From assembly GCA_040954595.2 (NCBI GenBank), contig CM082577.2, forward strand, positions 12,557,654 through 12,621,653: 64,000 nucleotides of DNA, given 5' to 3'. Below the pieces are notes generated by a model. The model made no database searches. It saw only the letters and a program-made list of their open reading frames with translations, and was not told where the DNA came from. The position numbers and the translations under genes were made by a program. Positions within the stretch are counted from its first letter, which is position 1. Each line of letters starts with the position of its first letter. This DNA comes from Balanoglossus misakiensis (taxonomy: Eukaryota > Animalia > Hemichordata). Shown here piece by piece: positions 50,301 to 63,364 of this stretch.

Positions 50301-53300
50301 AAAACCAAACTGCATGGATGCGTCACAACTAACAAAAGCACCAGAATCTAAGGTCATGTAGAGGGTATACAAATGTCCATGTGTGTTTGTTTGCAACTTA
50401 CCAGACTTCCTATTCACTTGGCTATGTGGAATGATAATTTGACACGAGCTGTTCTCGCTGGTATTAGGAATGGGTTGCTGCAGTAGACATATAGCACGGA
50501 CCACTCTGCCAACTTTCTTGACTTTGTCACTTACATATGTTGGGTCACACACTACGGCTTTGCACTTGGCAGTCTCGCCCTGAGACCTGACTCCACAAAC
50601 TTGGCCATTTGCATCGTATACAAGTTCATCAATTTTTCTGTCCAACATGTAAGTGCCACCATAAACGGCCGACAACCTGTTGAGTGTGACCAAATTCGTC
50701 AACAGGGAAGTGAGCGCAACACGTTCACACTAACATCTCAGTTTCCCCGTAGACGAAAACGTTCTCGCATCATGAGTTAAGGTGATAAAATTTCAGGATT
50801 AGAACATTTTGTCAAAAACTAATCATTTTTGAATTGCATACTGTAAGTATGGGGTGAGAACACCGCCAAAAATAGCTGATGTCTTTATTTGGTAGTTTTC
50901 TCATCATTATTATGTTATTATGTCATTATTTGGCCATTACCTTGGCCATTATTATGCCGTTATTTGGTTATTTGGCCGTTATTATGTCATTATTCAGTAT
51001 TGATGTCTTTATTTGGAAGTTTTCTCATCATCATTATGCTATTATGTCATTATTATGAAGTTATTTGGTTATTTGGTATTTATGTCATGGTCTCGACATT
51101 ACCTCGACATTACCTCGGCCATTATTTGGTTCGCTCGACATTACCTCGACATTACCTCGGTCATTATTTGGTTCGCTCGACATTGCCTCGACATTACCTC
51201 GGTCATTATTTGGTTCGCTCGACATTACCTCGACCATTACCTCGGCCATTATTTGGTTCGCTCGACATTACCTCGACCATTACCTCGGCCATTATTTGGT
51301 TCGCTCGACATTACCTCGACCATTACCTCGGTCATTATTTGGTTCGCTCGACATTACCTCGACATTACCTCGGCCATTATTTGGTTCGCTCGACATTACC
51401 TCGACCATTACCTCGGCCATTATTTGGTTCGCTCGACATTACCTCGACATTACCTCGGTCATTATTTGGTTCGCTCGACATTACCTCGACCATTACCTCG
51501 GCCATTATTTGGTTCGCTCGACATTACCTCGACATTACCTCGGCCATTATTTGGTTCGCTCGACATTACCTCGACCATTACCTCGGCCATTATTTGGTTC
51601 GCTCGACATTACCTCGACATTACCTCGGTCATTATTTGGTTCGCTCGACATTACCTCGACCATTACCTCGGCCATTATTTGGTTCGCTCGACATTACCTC
51701 GACATTACCTCGGTCATTATTTGGTTCGCTCGACATTACCTCGACATTACCTCGGCCATTATTTGGTTCGCTCGACATTACCTCGACATTACCTCGGTCA
51801 TTATTTGGTTCGCTCGACATTACCTCGACATTACCTCGGCCATTATTTGGTTCGCTCGACATTACCTCGACATTACCTCGGTCATTATTTGGTTCGCTCG
51901 ACATTACCTCGACATTACCTCGGTCATTATTTGGTTCGCTCGACATTACCTCGACATTACCTCGGTCATTATTTGGTTCGCTCGACATTACCTCGACCAT
52001 TACCTCGGCCATTATTTGGTTCGCTCGACATTACCTCGACCATTACCTCGGCCATTAGGGACCGTTCAGTTTTTACGGCCGGGGGGGGGGGGCGGCAAAA
52101 TCCAGGGGGGGGGGGGGTCACTTAAATTTTGAAGTCCTAAAGGGGGGGGGGGTCATCTGGTTTTTTTAAACGTTTAGGGGGGGGGTCACATACTTTTGCC
52201 ACCGAACTTTTGATTTTGAGTCCACAAAATTGCAGTTTCGCGCCCTTTATTTTGCAAAATTTTCTAATGTGGGAGGGGGACACCCCCTCCCACACCCACC
52301 CCCTTCATTCTCCGCCACATTTCATTTTTTGCTGGTTTGTCTAGTGTACCAGGGCAGAGTGCTTGCCACCCCAACCCCACCGATGATAATATTTAACAAA
52401 GTAAATACATTAGGGAGAATAATCGTTTATACCATTTTGCATAACTGATAGTTTCGCGCTGCATCTTCTATATACTAGAAGTTTTATAAATGATGTCATG
52501 ACGTGGATGACGTCAAATCTTCTAACTTTGAGTGGAGTGGCAAAAGTAAAATCGGTCCTCCCAAACATTGAGATAATTTGCTTTTGAGTTCATTAAAATG
52601 CAACTTTGCACTACATATTTTACAAAATTTTCTTATGTGGGAGGGGGACACCCCCTCTCACACCCACCCCCGCCACTTTGCTTATTTTACCAATTCTACC
52701 AACTATTGTATTGACTTGTCATTTTAATTTGTTCATAGATTTCTTTATTGCAACGATATACTGTTATATACTTCAATTACTTTAAGAAATTTATAATTGA
52801 GGTGTGAGGAGCCTCATTCCCTTTATTGCATACAGTCTACATAGGATCAGGACGGCGAATGTTTTCGGCGCGGGGGGGGGGGGGTCATCATATTTTTGGG
52901 TCTGTCAAAGGGGGGGTCATCATTTTTTGGTCCTGGACGAAGGGGGGGTCGGCCTGATTTTGAAAACCGATGACACAAACTTGCCGCCCCCCCCCCCTGC
53001 CGTAAAAACTGAACGGTCCCTTATTTGGTTCGCTCGACATTACCTGACCTGCTTTATTATTTGAACTCTTGCTCGGTACCCAGAATTCATTGCACAAAAT
53101 GGCGACGGTATGAAAGTTTCGCAGGCCGTGGCCGACGACAGTCTTGTAAACAGCACGCGTGGGTAAACAGTCAGGCCTCGAACTTAACGCCGGCCCACCG
53201 GCCCCGGGCCGGTAAATATTTATAGTGGGCCGGTTATTTTCACATCTTGTCGGCCCAATTGGGCCGGTGAATATACACAAATAAATCAGTAAAACATACT

Positions 53301-56300
53301 GCAGAATCAATATTCTATTGTAAAAGTTATTTAGAAAGAAAGATTTCAAGGTGCAGGGAACCGTACCCTTGTCTGGTCCTCCAAATTCAGGTGTTTTTAT
53401 GCAGCTTACTCTGCAAGTGATGACTATGGTGTCACACTTGGCGTTTCTAAATCTCCGGTCCACAAATTAACTTGTAAGGTGTTGTATACTCATCTCATTC
53501 AGAGGCACTCAGTACAGGCTAGTGATAAGCTCTCAAAATGGTTTTCTAAGTTAAATATCACCCCTGTAAAGCCAGAGAGCGACTGTTACAAAATCTGGCT
53601 GAGTGTGTACAAGTTGACTAAAGAGACCAAGTTAAGAGAGTTTCAGTGGAAACTTCTACAACGCTTATTACCATGTAACAAGTATTTATACTTGTGGAAG
53701 TTAAATGAGTCAATGTTCTGTCCTCTTTGTCACCAGATTGACTCTCTGGAACACAGATTTATTTATTGTCAAATAGCTGTGAGATGCTGGAAAAAGCTGA
53801 AGTACGTCATCTCTAGATGTTCTGAGTGTAGCGAAATAACACCATCAGACATTATTTTTACAAATGCTGGCGAGAATGTCAAACCCAAAGAAAAACGTTC
53901 TGTTTTTCAGCTTTTAATTCTTCTTGGGAAATGGAGCATCCATAAGTACTGGGTGACTAATGAAAACACACCGATTGAAGTTTTAATCAAAAATGAGTTT
54001 ATGTTAAGGTATAAGATTGAAAAACAACTGGATGCGAAAGCTGTTGTGCTAGAAACTTTTCAGAAAATTACGAGTTTACTGTAATTTTTAACCTCTTCAG
54101 GCCCGTGCAACAATACTGTATTTTCTATATTTATATAAACATGTATTTGAGGTGAAGGTTTAAATAAAAGATAAAAAAAAAAAAAAAAAAAAAAAAAACA
54201 TGATAACTCACGCACCATCACACAACAATAGTCATAATTGTTTTAGCTAACAAAAGAAATATGGAAATATCTTAATCGTAGGAGTTAAATGTTTTTTTTT
54301 TCTCTCGTTACATAATGTGATGGAGGCATTTATGGTGGTGTTATTTTGTTTGGTTTTTATCGTTGCTGATATCATATTGAAACGACAGATTCGATTTCGT
54401 GTTAATGAATTTAATAAATGTGTATAGCGTACATTCAAAAAAAAAAAAAAAAGAAAGATTTCAAGAAAAAAAACAAAGTTTTGTGTCTTTATATGCCGTT
54501 TTTTCTTATTTTATCGAAGATATAATCGGCCGTCAATGCGCTGGCAGGGTTACGCGATTAAAGTTCATTGATTGATATGTAAATTAGGAGAAGCCAACGT
54601 GGGGCGTCAATAGACACTCCGTTTAAATTTAGTATTAAAATTTGGCCCCACACACATAAATGGCCCACCACAAATATATTCTGTATTTTCCCCAGGATGA
54701 CCAAATTCAGAATTTCAGTTTCAGATCTATCATTCTTAGAAAATGGTTACGGATTAGTTCAAAAACATCCTAAGACATCTCAGATTTTGTATCCCGTGTT
54801 TTACTGCTATATTGGTGATGGAATTTTTTGTGTATTATATCAAATCGCACCAGTGCAAGGTATGAGAAATGCATTTTGAAAAAAAAAATCGGTTCACCAG
54901 TAGAAGTTATGAGAGAAATCTATTTTGAAAAAAAATATCAGCAGGATCAGCTGAAATGTTTTGATTTAAAAATTTTCCCTTTTCAAGTATGTAATGTCAT
55001 GTGCTGACTATAGGTGTTATGGCAAAATACATGAATTATTCACTGCTCTCTGGTCCATCTTGGATGTATTAGACTCCTGGCAGTGTCCTTGTCTTTCCTT
55101 TCCTTTCCTTTCCCACTTTGATGGCACACTAAGTACAAACTTCCTTCTAAGTTTTAGTAAACCCAAACTTTAAGACTCATTTTTATTCTATCAGGCAAAC
55201 TTCAGAAGAACAAAGCAGTAATTTATGCAAATATATCCGAGCTATATTTAGACACGCTTACGCAGTGAGCGCATGGCCTGGGCATGGGGTTGAAGGGGTC
55301 AGGTCGGGTTCACCAACGCGCGCGTACGTTGGCTTCTCCTAATTTACATATCAATCAATGAACTTTAATCGCGTAACCCTGCCAGCGCGTTGACGGCCGA
55401 TTATATCTTCGATAAAATAAGAAAAAACGGCATATAAAGACACAAAACTTTGTTTTTTTTCTTGAAATCTTTCTTTCTAAATAACTTTTACAATAGAATA
55501 TTGATTCTGCAGTATGTTTTACTGATTTATTTGTGTATATTCACCGGCCCAATTGGGCCGACAAGATGTGAAAATAACCGGCCCACTATAAATATTTACC
55601 GGCCCGGGGCCGGTGGGCCGGCGTTAAGTTCGAGGCCTGACTGTTTACCCACGCGTGCTGTTTACACGACTGTCGTCGGCCACGGCCTGCGAAACTTTCA
55701 TACCGTCGCCATTTTGTGCAATGAATTCTGGGTACCGAGCAAGAGTTCAAATAATAAAGCAGGTCAGGTAATGTCGAGCGAACCAAATAATGGCCGAGGT
55801 AATGGTCGAGGTAATGTCGAGCGAACCAAATAATGACCGAGGTAATGTCGAGGTAATGTCGAGCGAACCAAATAATGGCCGAGGTAATGGTCGAGGTAAT
55901 GTCGAGCGAACCAAATAATGACCGAGGTAATGTCGAGGCAATGTCGAGCGAACCAAATAATGACCGAGGTAATGTTGAGGTAATGTCGAGACCATGACAT
56001 AAATACCAAATAACCAAATAACTTCATAAGGCTGCATTCACAAACACCTCTGGAGGGGGGGGGCAGGAGAATTGAGGGGGGGATTTGAAAAAATTGAGGG
56101 TATGTGAGGGGGGGGATTTGAAATAATTTAGGGACTGAAAGGGGGGACTTGAAAACTTTAACGACTAAATATTTATTTTGAGTCCACAAAAATGCAGTTT
56201 CGCGCCCTTTATTTTACAAAATTTTCTCATGTGGGAGGGGGACACCCCCTCCCACACCCACCCCCTCCATTCATCAACACCTTTCAATCATTGACTGGTT

Positions 56301-59300
56301 TATCTAGAGTCCCAGGTCAGGGGACTTGCCCCACCCCATGATAACTTTGAGCGCCGACGGTTAAATTTGTCCTCCCCAACATACCTGTAGTTGAGTTAAT
56401 TTGCTTTTGCCGGGTTCATTAAAATGCAGCTTTGAGCTCTGTATTTTAGAAAATTTTCTTACGTGGGAGGGGGACACCCCCTCCCAAACCCACCCCCTTA
56501 AATTCTCGGTTTACAAAGTCTCCAAACACAAAATACAAATATATGTACTTAAAAAATAAAAACAATGTTCAGTTTTAATACCCACTGATGAGGGGAAACA
56601 TCAGTTTCAAATTCTTTTCATGGGAGCGCTGTTTTTCTTTTTACAAGATAGATAGGTGATGTGTTTTGCTCTGTGAAAGAAAATGGGGGGGGGGGATTTC
56701 AAAATTTTGGCAGTTCGGAAGGGGGGATTTGAAAAAATTTCGGGTTGTTGAGGGGGGGCATGTGAAAATTAACGGTAAAAAAAATTGAATTCTCCCGCCC
56801 CCCCCCCCTCCAGAGGTATTTGTGAATGCAGCCTAATAATGACATAATAGCATAATGATGATGAGAAAACTTCCAAATAAAGACATCAATACTGAATAAT
56901 GACATAATAACGGCCAAATAACCAAATAACGGCATAATAATGGCCGAGGTAATGGCCAAATAATGACATAATAACATAATAATGATGAGAAAACTACCAA
57001 ATAAAGACATCGGCTATTTTTGGCGGTGTTCTCACCCCATATGTAAGTAGTAGTCATGAACCCTATCCAACATACACTCAGTATCAAATGCTGGTTGCTT
57101 AGACGTCCATTTAGTAGCTTTCATGAAACAAAAGATCCGATTGATCACTGTTAACAAAATCATGGTGAACAAACACAATACTTTGTTGCAGTCGTGAAAT
57201 GCTGGGTGCAACACAGCTCTGTGTACAGAAAACCTTAACGTGTTTTGATTACTGACCTTGCAAAGCCCTGGGGCAGTTCACCTAGACCGTACAGTGGGTA
57301 GAGGTATGGTGACGTGACAGAGCGGGCAAGAGAGTCCCTGTACAGTTTGATCCTTCTTAGAGTCTCAAGACACGGTTCATCTAAGTAACTGTTGGGAGGA
57401 TATTTTACAAAGAAAATGTCACGCATGGATAACAAACACACACAAATTAACGTGGAACAACGTTTTCCTTTCTGATCGCCATGTGGAAAATTAGGCAGTG
57501 CAGATGGAACCGTCAACAGTTAGTGTTGGTGTGCTTTATTATTAACTTGTAACGACTGAGCATACACCCTAAATGAAATCAACACAAACATGCAAGTTTA
57601 TATACGTACTCATCATTTGTATGCAATGCAAGGGCGTGGCCTGTGATAGCCGCAGTCCTCTCATCTACGCCAAACTTGGTGTACACATCCCGCATTGTGC
57701 TTCTCTTAGGGTGTATACCTTGCCATGTCTTGTGGTCCTCTTCATTATATTCATCTATACAAATCATAAGGTTGCGAAATCGGCGCTTCTCAAACATTCC
57801 CATCAGATCTAGCGACAAGAAAGAATTTAGTAAATGACTCGTTTGATTAGACAATACAATACAATTTCAATAGATTCAGCGGTTCAAAATGAGGAAAAGC
57901 CATGGCCGCGTTCGTTCCTATCTAGGCGTGCTCCAAGTCTATATAGGCGCGCAAGTCATGGGATCGCGTTGGCTTAGTGGAAGGTAACCGAAACGAGAAG
58001 CACGAATTCTAAACTCAGCTCAGTTCCAGAAACTCGCAGCAAATACACGAAAAGTATTGAGAATATTTATTATAAGGGCGATCACCAAGCGACTCGTGGG
58101 CTAGTCTAGTTCATCTATCGAAACAAAACTAAGCTTCTGTATATTCACAGTCTGTGCTACAATGTATGCTTGCGGACAGATGCATTGAGTTTGTTCTCAA
58201 AGAGCTCGTAAATAGAAAGTAGACATAACTCATATCAATCGCACCCATCATTACATTTGGCACGAGTGAAACCAAAGACGCACAACAACATCTAACAAAA
58301 AGTTGTTTTTTTTTAATGCAAAAGAGAATTTAAAGTTACCTGTAGCCAATGCTTCACGTTCATTACTGGGTACCTTGGCAATGATAGAACCGTTTTCATA
58401 AGTGACGTAACTACCTCCTATAGACTTGAATTCTAAATAACTAGTAACACCGCTGTAGCTCAACAATTTTCCAAATTGCCCTAATAAGAAAAAGACAGTA
58501 TTCAATGGTAATTAATTATGTGATAACTAAAGAAGCTCAAGAGAAAATGAAATTTAAGCATGAGACGTCATCAGCACTATTTGCATGCAGTCCCTGGAAT
58601 ACAGCATTTTCAGAAGTAACATTTTCCCTTATGTCTTCCATGCTTTAAACTCTGGCACGGTAGGTCTATACGTATCAAAATACAGTTGGGCTAACAATTG
58701 AAGGACGAATGAATTCATTGTTTAAGTATACTCACCATTAGCCATGAGAAATTTTGGAATAAGGTCGACATTCCAATCTCGGCCGCGACCAAGATTTTCA
58801 GGTGCCTTCGCCCCCGGAGAATACTTCTTGTATAACTGGAAGTGAACATTTCAAGATTTCATGAAGTAAACCTCTGTCTGAACTATGGAATAACAATCAT
58901 GGTATAGCTAAAGACACAACGCTTGTGAATATAGGTTATCTATTACATTATAAATCATCGCAATCAATGCTTTGTATCACATTCCCACGTTACTTCCATA
59001 TAGCAAGTTTTTAAGTTCGTGGGCAGGTAAACAATGGAAAAAAGCATGTGGGTGACTGTGCAGTTCATACAACTGCCGCCTTTCAACAATAAAGTTGCTG
59101 GGATACTTACCTCATCTAAGGGAGTCAGAGATGCACTCTCTCCACCATAATAAGGATTCTTATCCATGTGTAACACCTTACGACCATTTCTTGACAAAAT
59201 TCCACTAATGACACACTCCTGGAGTAAATAAAAGGAAAGCATTGCAGAATGAAATGAGTAAGTGTCATCTTACACTTTATTTATACAGTGCTTTCCTTGT

Positions 59301-61904
59301 GAAGAAAGAATAATAGATGTCACTGATTGGAATATTGTTCAAATACCAGGTTCACACTGGGTAAAACTTGAAATGTTTCAGAGACGCTAATTGCCATGTT
59401 TGTAAACACAGACACGGGCCCAGTAGGCGTTCTCTGTGTTGTCAAAGCAATGCCTTTGTGGGACGGAAAAATAAAACAAAACAAAACAAATAACGAAATA
59501 AATAAAGAGATAAACAACAAAAACAAACAAACAAACAACAACCATCATCATGATACAATTAAGCAATAAAACACCCCCAGCCATGGTATATCACGAGATT
59601 TTGACCAGTTCACGACATATACGCACGAGCGATAGCGAGTGCGTATATGGAGTTGAACTGGTCAAAATCGAGTGGTATACCATGGCTGGGGGTGTTTTAT
59701 TGCTATTATATTATGCCAGTATATTGAAACTTTGCATAAAACATTTTAAAAAGGCATTTTCTTTAACTATGATATATGACTGTGGTATATGGCTAATATA
59801 TCACGGTCACGTGTCGTGTCTCGACCAATCAAATAGCGTGATTTACACCATCAATATACTGGTATAATATAATGAATGTCATTACGAGGTGTTAGTCAAT
59901 AAATCATCGATACCACCCATCCCATGTGAAAATTCATACCTGCTATCCTCTTTGCCCATGTATAATGATCTTCAGTGTGTTTTGGGGATATTTCTGAGGG
60001 GGGGGGGGAGCTCGCGTTCTACTCAATACATGTTTAATCAACTTTCGAGCTACCTTCAGCTGTTCTCTAGAAAGTACCTGTTGGATGTAATTGTCGGATG
60101 GTACATCGATGGATTCTCCTTTGTATGGAGCAATTGCTGAAGGCCTTGTACGGACAGCAGTTCAGATACATAAGAAAATCAAATGTCTGCGAAATTTTAA
60201 ACATATTTTGTTGTAGCGTCTTTCTCCAACGATCTGTATTTCGTTGCTATATCAAATTTTAGGGTTTTCTCGAGAAGATATGAGTTAGAGATCGAAAACC
60301 GGAAAAAAACATGACCTGACCCCGAATACTGGCGTAGCTTGTTTTACTCGATCGCTCCAATACGATACATGGACGGGAAATCAACAGGTCTTCAGTTTCT
60401 ATGTAACTTTCGTTTCATAACACAACAAACCACATTGCACCTTGTCTTTCAAGTGTAACCTTCAATGAAAAGGACCATGAATCGGTATCGGATCTTGCAA
60501 ATGAATCTCCGTCCTCAAATAAAGGTGATACTTGTGTGAACAGACAACGCTAATAAGAAATGTGTACCGACTTTTGTTACACGGGCTCAGGGCTGGCCGC
60601 CAAGGCCGTGTCAAATCAGAAAAGTTCCAGGACCACTTCGGACCAAATCCGCCAACATTATTCACCTGTTGCATTTTACATCGCTTGTTTCTATTTTTAT
60701 GAGATTATTCCGTGCAAAAGTCCGTTTGATCAGGCGTCTTATCTGCAAACTTAAGGAATACATTTCTCGATGAACGTTCCAAATAACAAAAACTTCACCA
60801 AGATTAGCCACATTCTGATATCACATGAAAACGAAAAAAAATCTATATAAGGTCTCAATAAAGTAAATACATACCAATTTTCAAAGCTACCTGACCAGTA
60901 GTTCTTGTGTTTATTTTCACATTTTCCCAGATCACTTCATAATTATTTTATTTACACTTTTAAAGGGCGTCTGAATTACCCATAAAGTAATATTCATCGG
61001 GGTTCGTACAAAACAAGAGAATACACTGGGCGTGAAAAGGGACCGATCATTTGAACAAAATCTCATGTACAGCACAGCCTGCATCTACATACTAAAATAT
61101 CAAGGTGATACGCGCGGCGGTTTTAAAGTTTTTGATGTGGACGGACATACATATACACTCACACGCAATCCATCCCATACATGTATATACATATACCAAA
61201 TTTGACCTAAAAAGAGATGTCTCAGAGTTATGACAGAGATTCAAACAGGTAAACTAACATCTTGCTAAAAAAGAATTCAATCACATATGGCACATTTGGC
61301 ATGTTTTCAGGTAAATACAGTTAAAATGCTTTGTACGTTGTTATTACTCTCGTAAACTGCGAGAGTTGCTTAGGGATGCCATATACACAAATGACGTTAA
61401 ACTCTCGTGAGACTAGGCACGATTTCAGGCGGACGTCGTGTCGTGTGTTGGCTATACGCGAAGTAAACGACAGTACTTGTATACGTACACTATTATGTCG
61501 CCGAGAAAGCAAGGTTACGGTTGAAAAACTAACCCATAGAATCGTTTTGCCCTGTTTTGTGGGTGGCTAGAAAGAAAAACAATCCAAGCGTGAATCAACA
61601 GGTAACAGGCCGTTTCGGCGCTAAACCCTTTCGGCCCTAGTCGATTCGCCCCCCCCCCTTCCCCCCCCCCCAATTTTCACGACCCAAGTCATTTCGGCCC
61701 GGACACTCAAGTTTTTCGGCACTTAGCGGCGCAGACCCCTAGCCCAACTAAACTTGGCTCTAGGTCCCCCGGGTACATACCCCTATTATAAGTGTAAGGA
61801 AAATACGATAAGCGAGTGAAACATAGCGTTGTTAGTGCCGAAACGAGTCGAAAACAAACCTTAAGACCAGTGCCAAGCACTATAACGTCATATTCTTGGT
61901 CCAT
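47317..61904 (-). CDS. GDI: Rab GDP dissociation inhibitor, 446 aa, 9 coding exons
   Basis: GT-AG exons 61904-61860, 59218-59111, 58835-58736, 58480-58340, 57808-57610, 57388-57257, 50676-50402, 49659-49460 and 47457-47317 give 1341 nt in frame. Motifs [62 protein letters not shown] and SYDATTH. Confidence 0.96.
48156..48514. mobile_element. TTAA-flanked MITE in the last GDI intron (sister of 90-444)
   Basis: ttaa-atcccctatagctgcca ... tggcagctctagaggct-ttaa. Confidence 0.75.
51092..52057. repeat. 37/38-bp minisatellite in the left foldback arm (about 26 units); about 6 inverted units at 55766-55990
   Basis: Unit ttatttggttcgctcgacattacctcgac(c)attacctcgg(c/t)ca. Confidence 0.95.
52058..53020. 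mobile_element. PIF/Harbinger-type MITE (963 bp) inserted in the minisatellite
   Basis: TTA TSD at 52055-57 and 53021-23. TIR gggaccgttcagtttttacggc.gggggggggggcggcaa. Confidence 0.92.
53351..54449 (+). mobile_element. 5'-truncated L1/Tx1-type LINE (ORF2 C-terminal zf-RVT region) with 3' transduction
   Basis: ORF 53479-54084 with [13 protein letters not shown]...[16 protein letters not shown] at 54163 with A26 at 54173-98; second AATAAA at 54413 with poly(A) from 54437. 16-bp TSD aaagaaagatttcaag at 53335-50 and 54450-65. Confidence 0.9.
56030..56833. mobile_element. PIF/Harbinger-type MITE (804 bp) in the right foldback arm
   Basis: TAA TSD at 56027-29 and 56834-36. Same family as 43100-43880. 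Empty site in the left arm near 51050. Confidence 0.92.
59553..59872. mobile_element. Short non-autonomous element with a terminal hairpin of about 143 bp (possibly Crypton-type)
   Basis: Near-perfect palindrome 59562-59704 (agcaataaaacacccccagccatggtata...tataccatggctgggggtgttttattgct), followed by a body containing ccaatca. Confidence 0.6.
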
Positions 61905-61998
61905 TTCTGCAAAGTATGGTCCCGGGTTTCCAGATGCAATTGATACAGAGGTATTAAAAGTACAAGATATACTTAATATCGCTCCTTCAAACAATCAC

Positions 61999-62256
61999 AA
62001 TGGCCTTCACCTGGACGATTCACGCAGGGTAGTAAATATCAATACGAATTCTATTCTTTATAACAAAGGGAGCCGAAGACATTGTCCAAATGGCCTTCAC
62101 CCGGACGATTCACTCAGGGTAGTTAAGATCAATACGCATACTATAATTACAATAACGAAAGTTCAAGACACTGCCCAAATGAGCTTCACCCGGACGAGTC
62201 AGTCAGGGTAGTAAAGACCAAAAGGCATACTATAATTACAATTAAGAAAGCTGAAG
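61999..62256. repeat. Three degenerate tandem repeats of about 89-90 bp upstream of GDI exon 1 (again at 63459-63716)
   Basis: aatggccttcacc(t/c)ggacgattcac.cagggtagt.aa.atcaatacg recurs at 61999, 62089 and 62178. Confidence 0.8.
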
Positions 62257-63319
62257 ATTTATCGTGGAGGTAGACCACGGTCCGACACGGTTTGACGTTT
62301 GTGACTCACGACGTACGTTTTGCATCTTGTTGCGAGTTCATTTTCTCTTCTACTGACTCACCACATGTCAACCTGGCCATAGAGAATCGAGTGACGCAGA
62401 TTGCCTGGCGCAAAATGACCGTACCGATGAACCCTGACCGAACCGTTACATGGCGCGTACTAGACATGTCGGAAACCCCTTTTCAGTAGAACAAAATGCT
62501 TCCAAAGATTACAAAACGTGAAAACAATCTCTCAAATGGTCATATTACAATAATTGCTAAATCGCGGTTGAATTACATTAACAGTCAAACCATTTCACGC
62601 GTACTTGGTGTTACAAGGTGTTTGCCAATGTCATTTGACTGCTACTGGTATAGACTTTGAAAGCGAACGGAAATATCAAATTCTCTGCGTTATCGCTGGG
62701 TTTGGAAAACTATCGGCCGCTGTGCCATATTTCCGCCTGCATATTGATTTTTCGTAGGATGATGATTGTATGTCTCGTAACGCAGCTTTGTATACGTAGT
62801 TATTACTCTCGTGAACTGCGAGAGTTGCATAGGGATGCCATATACACAAATGACGTTAAACTCTCGTGAGATTAGGCACGATTTCAGGCGGACGTCGTGT
62901 CGTGTGTTGGCTATACGCGAAGTAAACGACAGTACTTGTATACGTACACTATTATGTCGCCGAGAAAGCAAGGTTACGGTTGAAAAACTAACCCATAGAA
63001 TCGTTTTTCCCTGTTTTGTGGGTGGCTAGAAAGAAAAACAATCCAAGCGTGAATCAACAGGTAACAGGCCGTTTCGGCGCTAAACCCTTTCGGCCCTAGT
63101 CGATTCGCCCCCCCCCCCTCCCCCCCTCCCCAATTTTCACGACCCAAGTCATTTCGGCCCGGACACTCAAGTTTTTCGGCACTTAGCGGCGCAGACCCCT
63201 AGCCCAACTAAACTTGGCTCTAGGTCCCCCGGGTACATACCCCTATTATAAGTGTAAGGAAAATACGATAAGCGAGTGAAACATAGCGTTGTTAGTGCCG
63301 AAACGAGTCGAAAACAAAC

Positions 63320-63364
63320 CTTAAGACCAGTGCCAAGCACTATAACGTCATATTCTTGGTCCAT
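63320..63364 (-). CDS. GDI: Duplicate of Rab GDI coding exon 1 ([15 protein letters not shown])
   Basis: Identical to 61860-61904, including the ATG context and GT donor. Confidence 0.75.

Larger units (their letters stand above)
50848..57041. mobile_element. Foldback-type element with long modular inverted arms in GDI intron 6
   Basis: Termini tatggggtgagaacaccgccaaaaatagc / gctatttttggcggtgttctcaccccata, with 6-bp TSD tgtaag (50842-47, 57042-47). Arms 50848-54600 and 55326-57041; loop 54601-55325. Confidence 0.88.

Noticed and set aside
50889-52132. 355-389-aa ORFs, and the 37/38-bp repeats as a CRISPR array
   Set aside because: Head-to-tail minisatellite with no spacers. All three frames are open only because the unit lacks stop codons.
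60770-61320. Possible Helentron/HINE-like element (also 40440-40620 with (GACA)n)
   Set aside because: The microsatellite-bearing tail is suggestive, but I could not define subterminal inverted repeats or ends.
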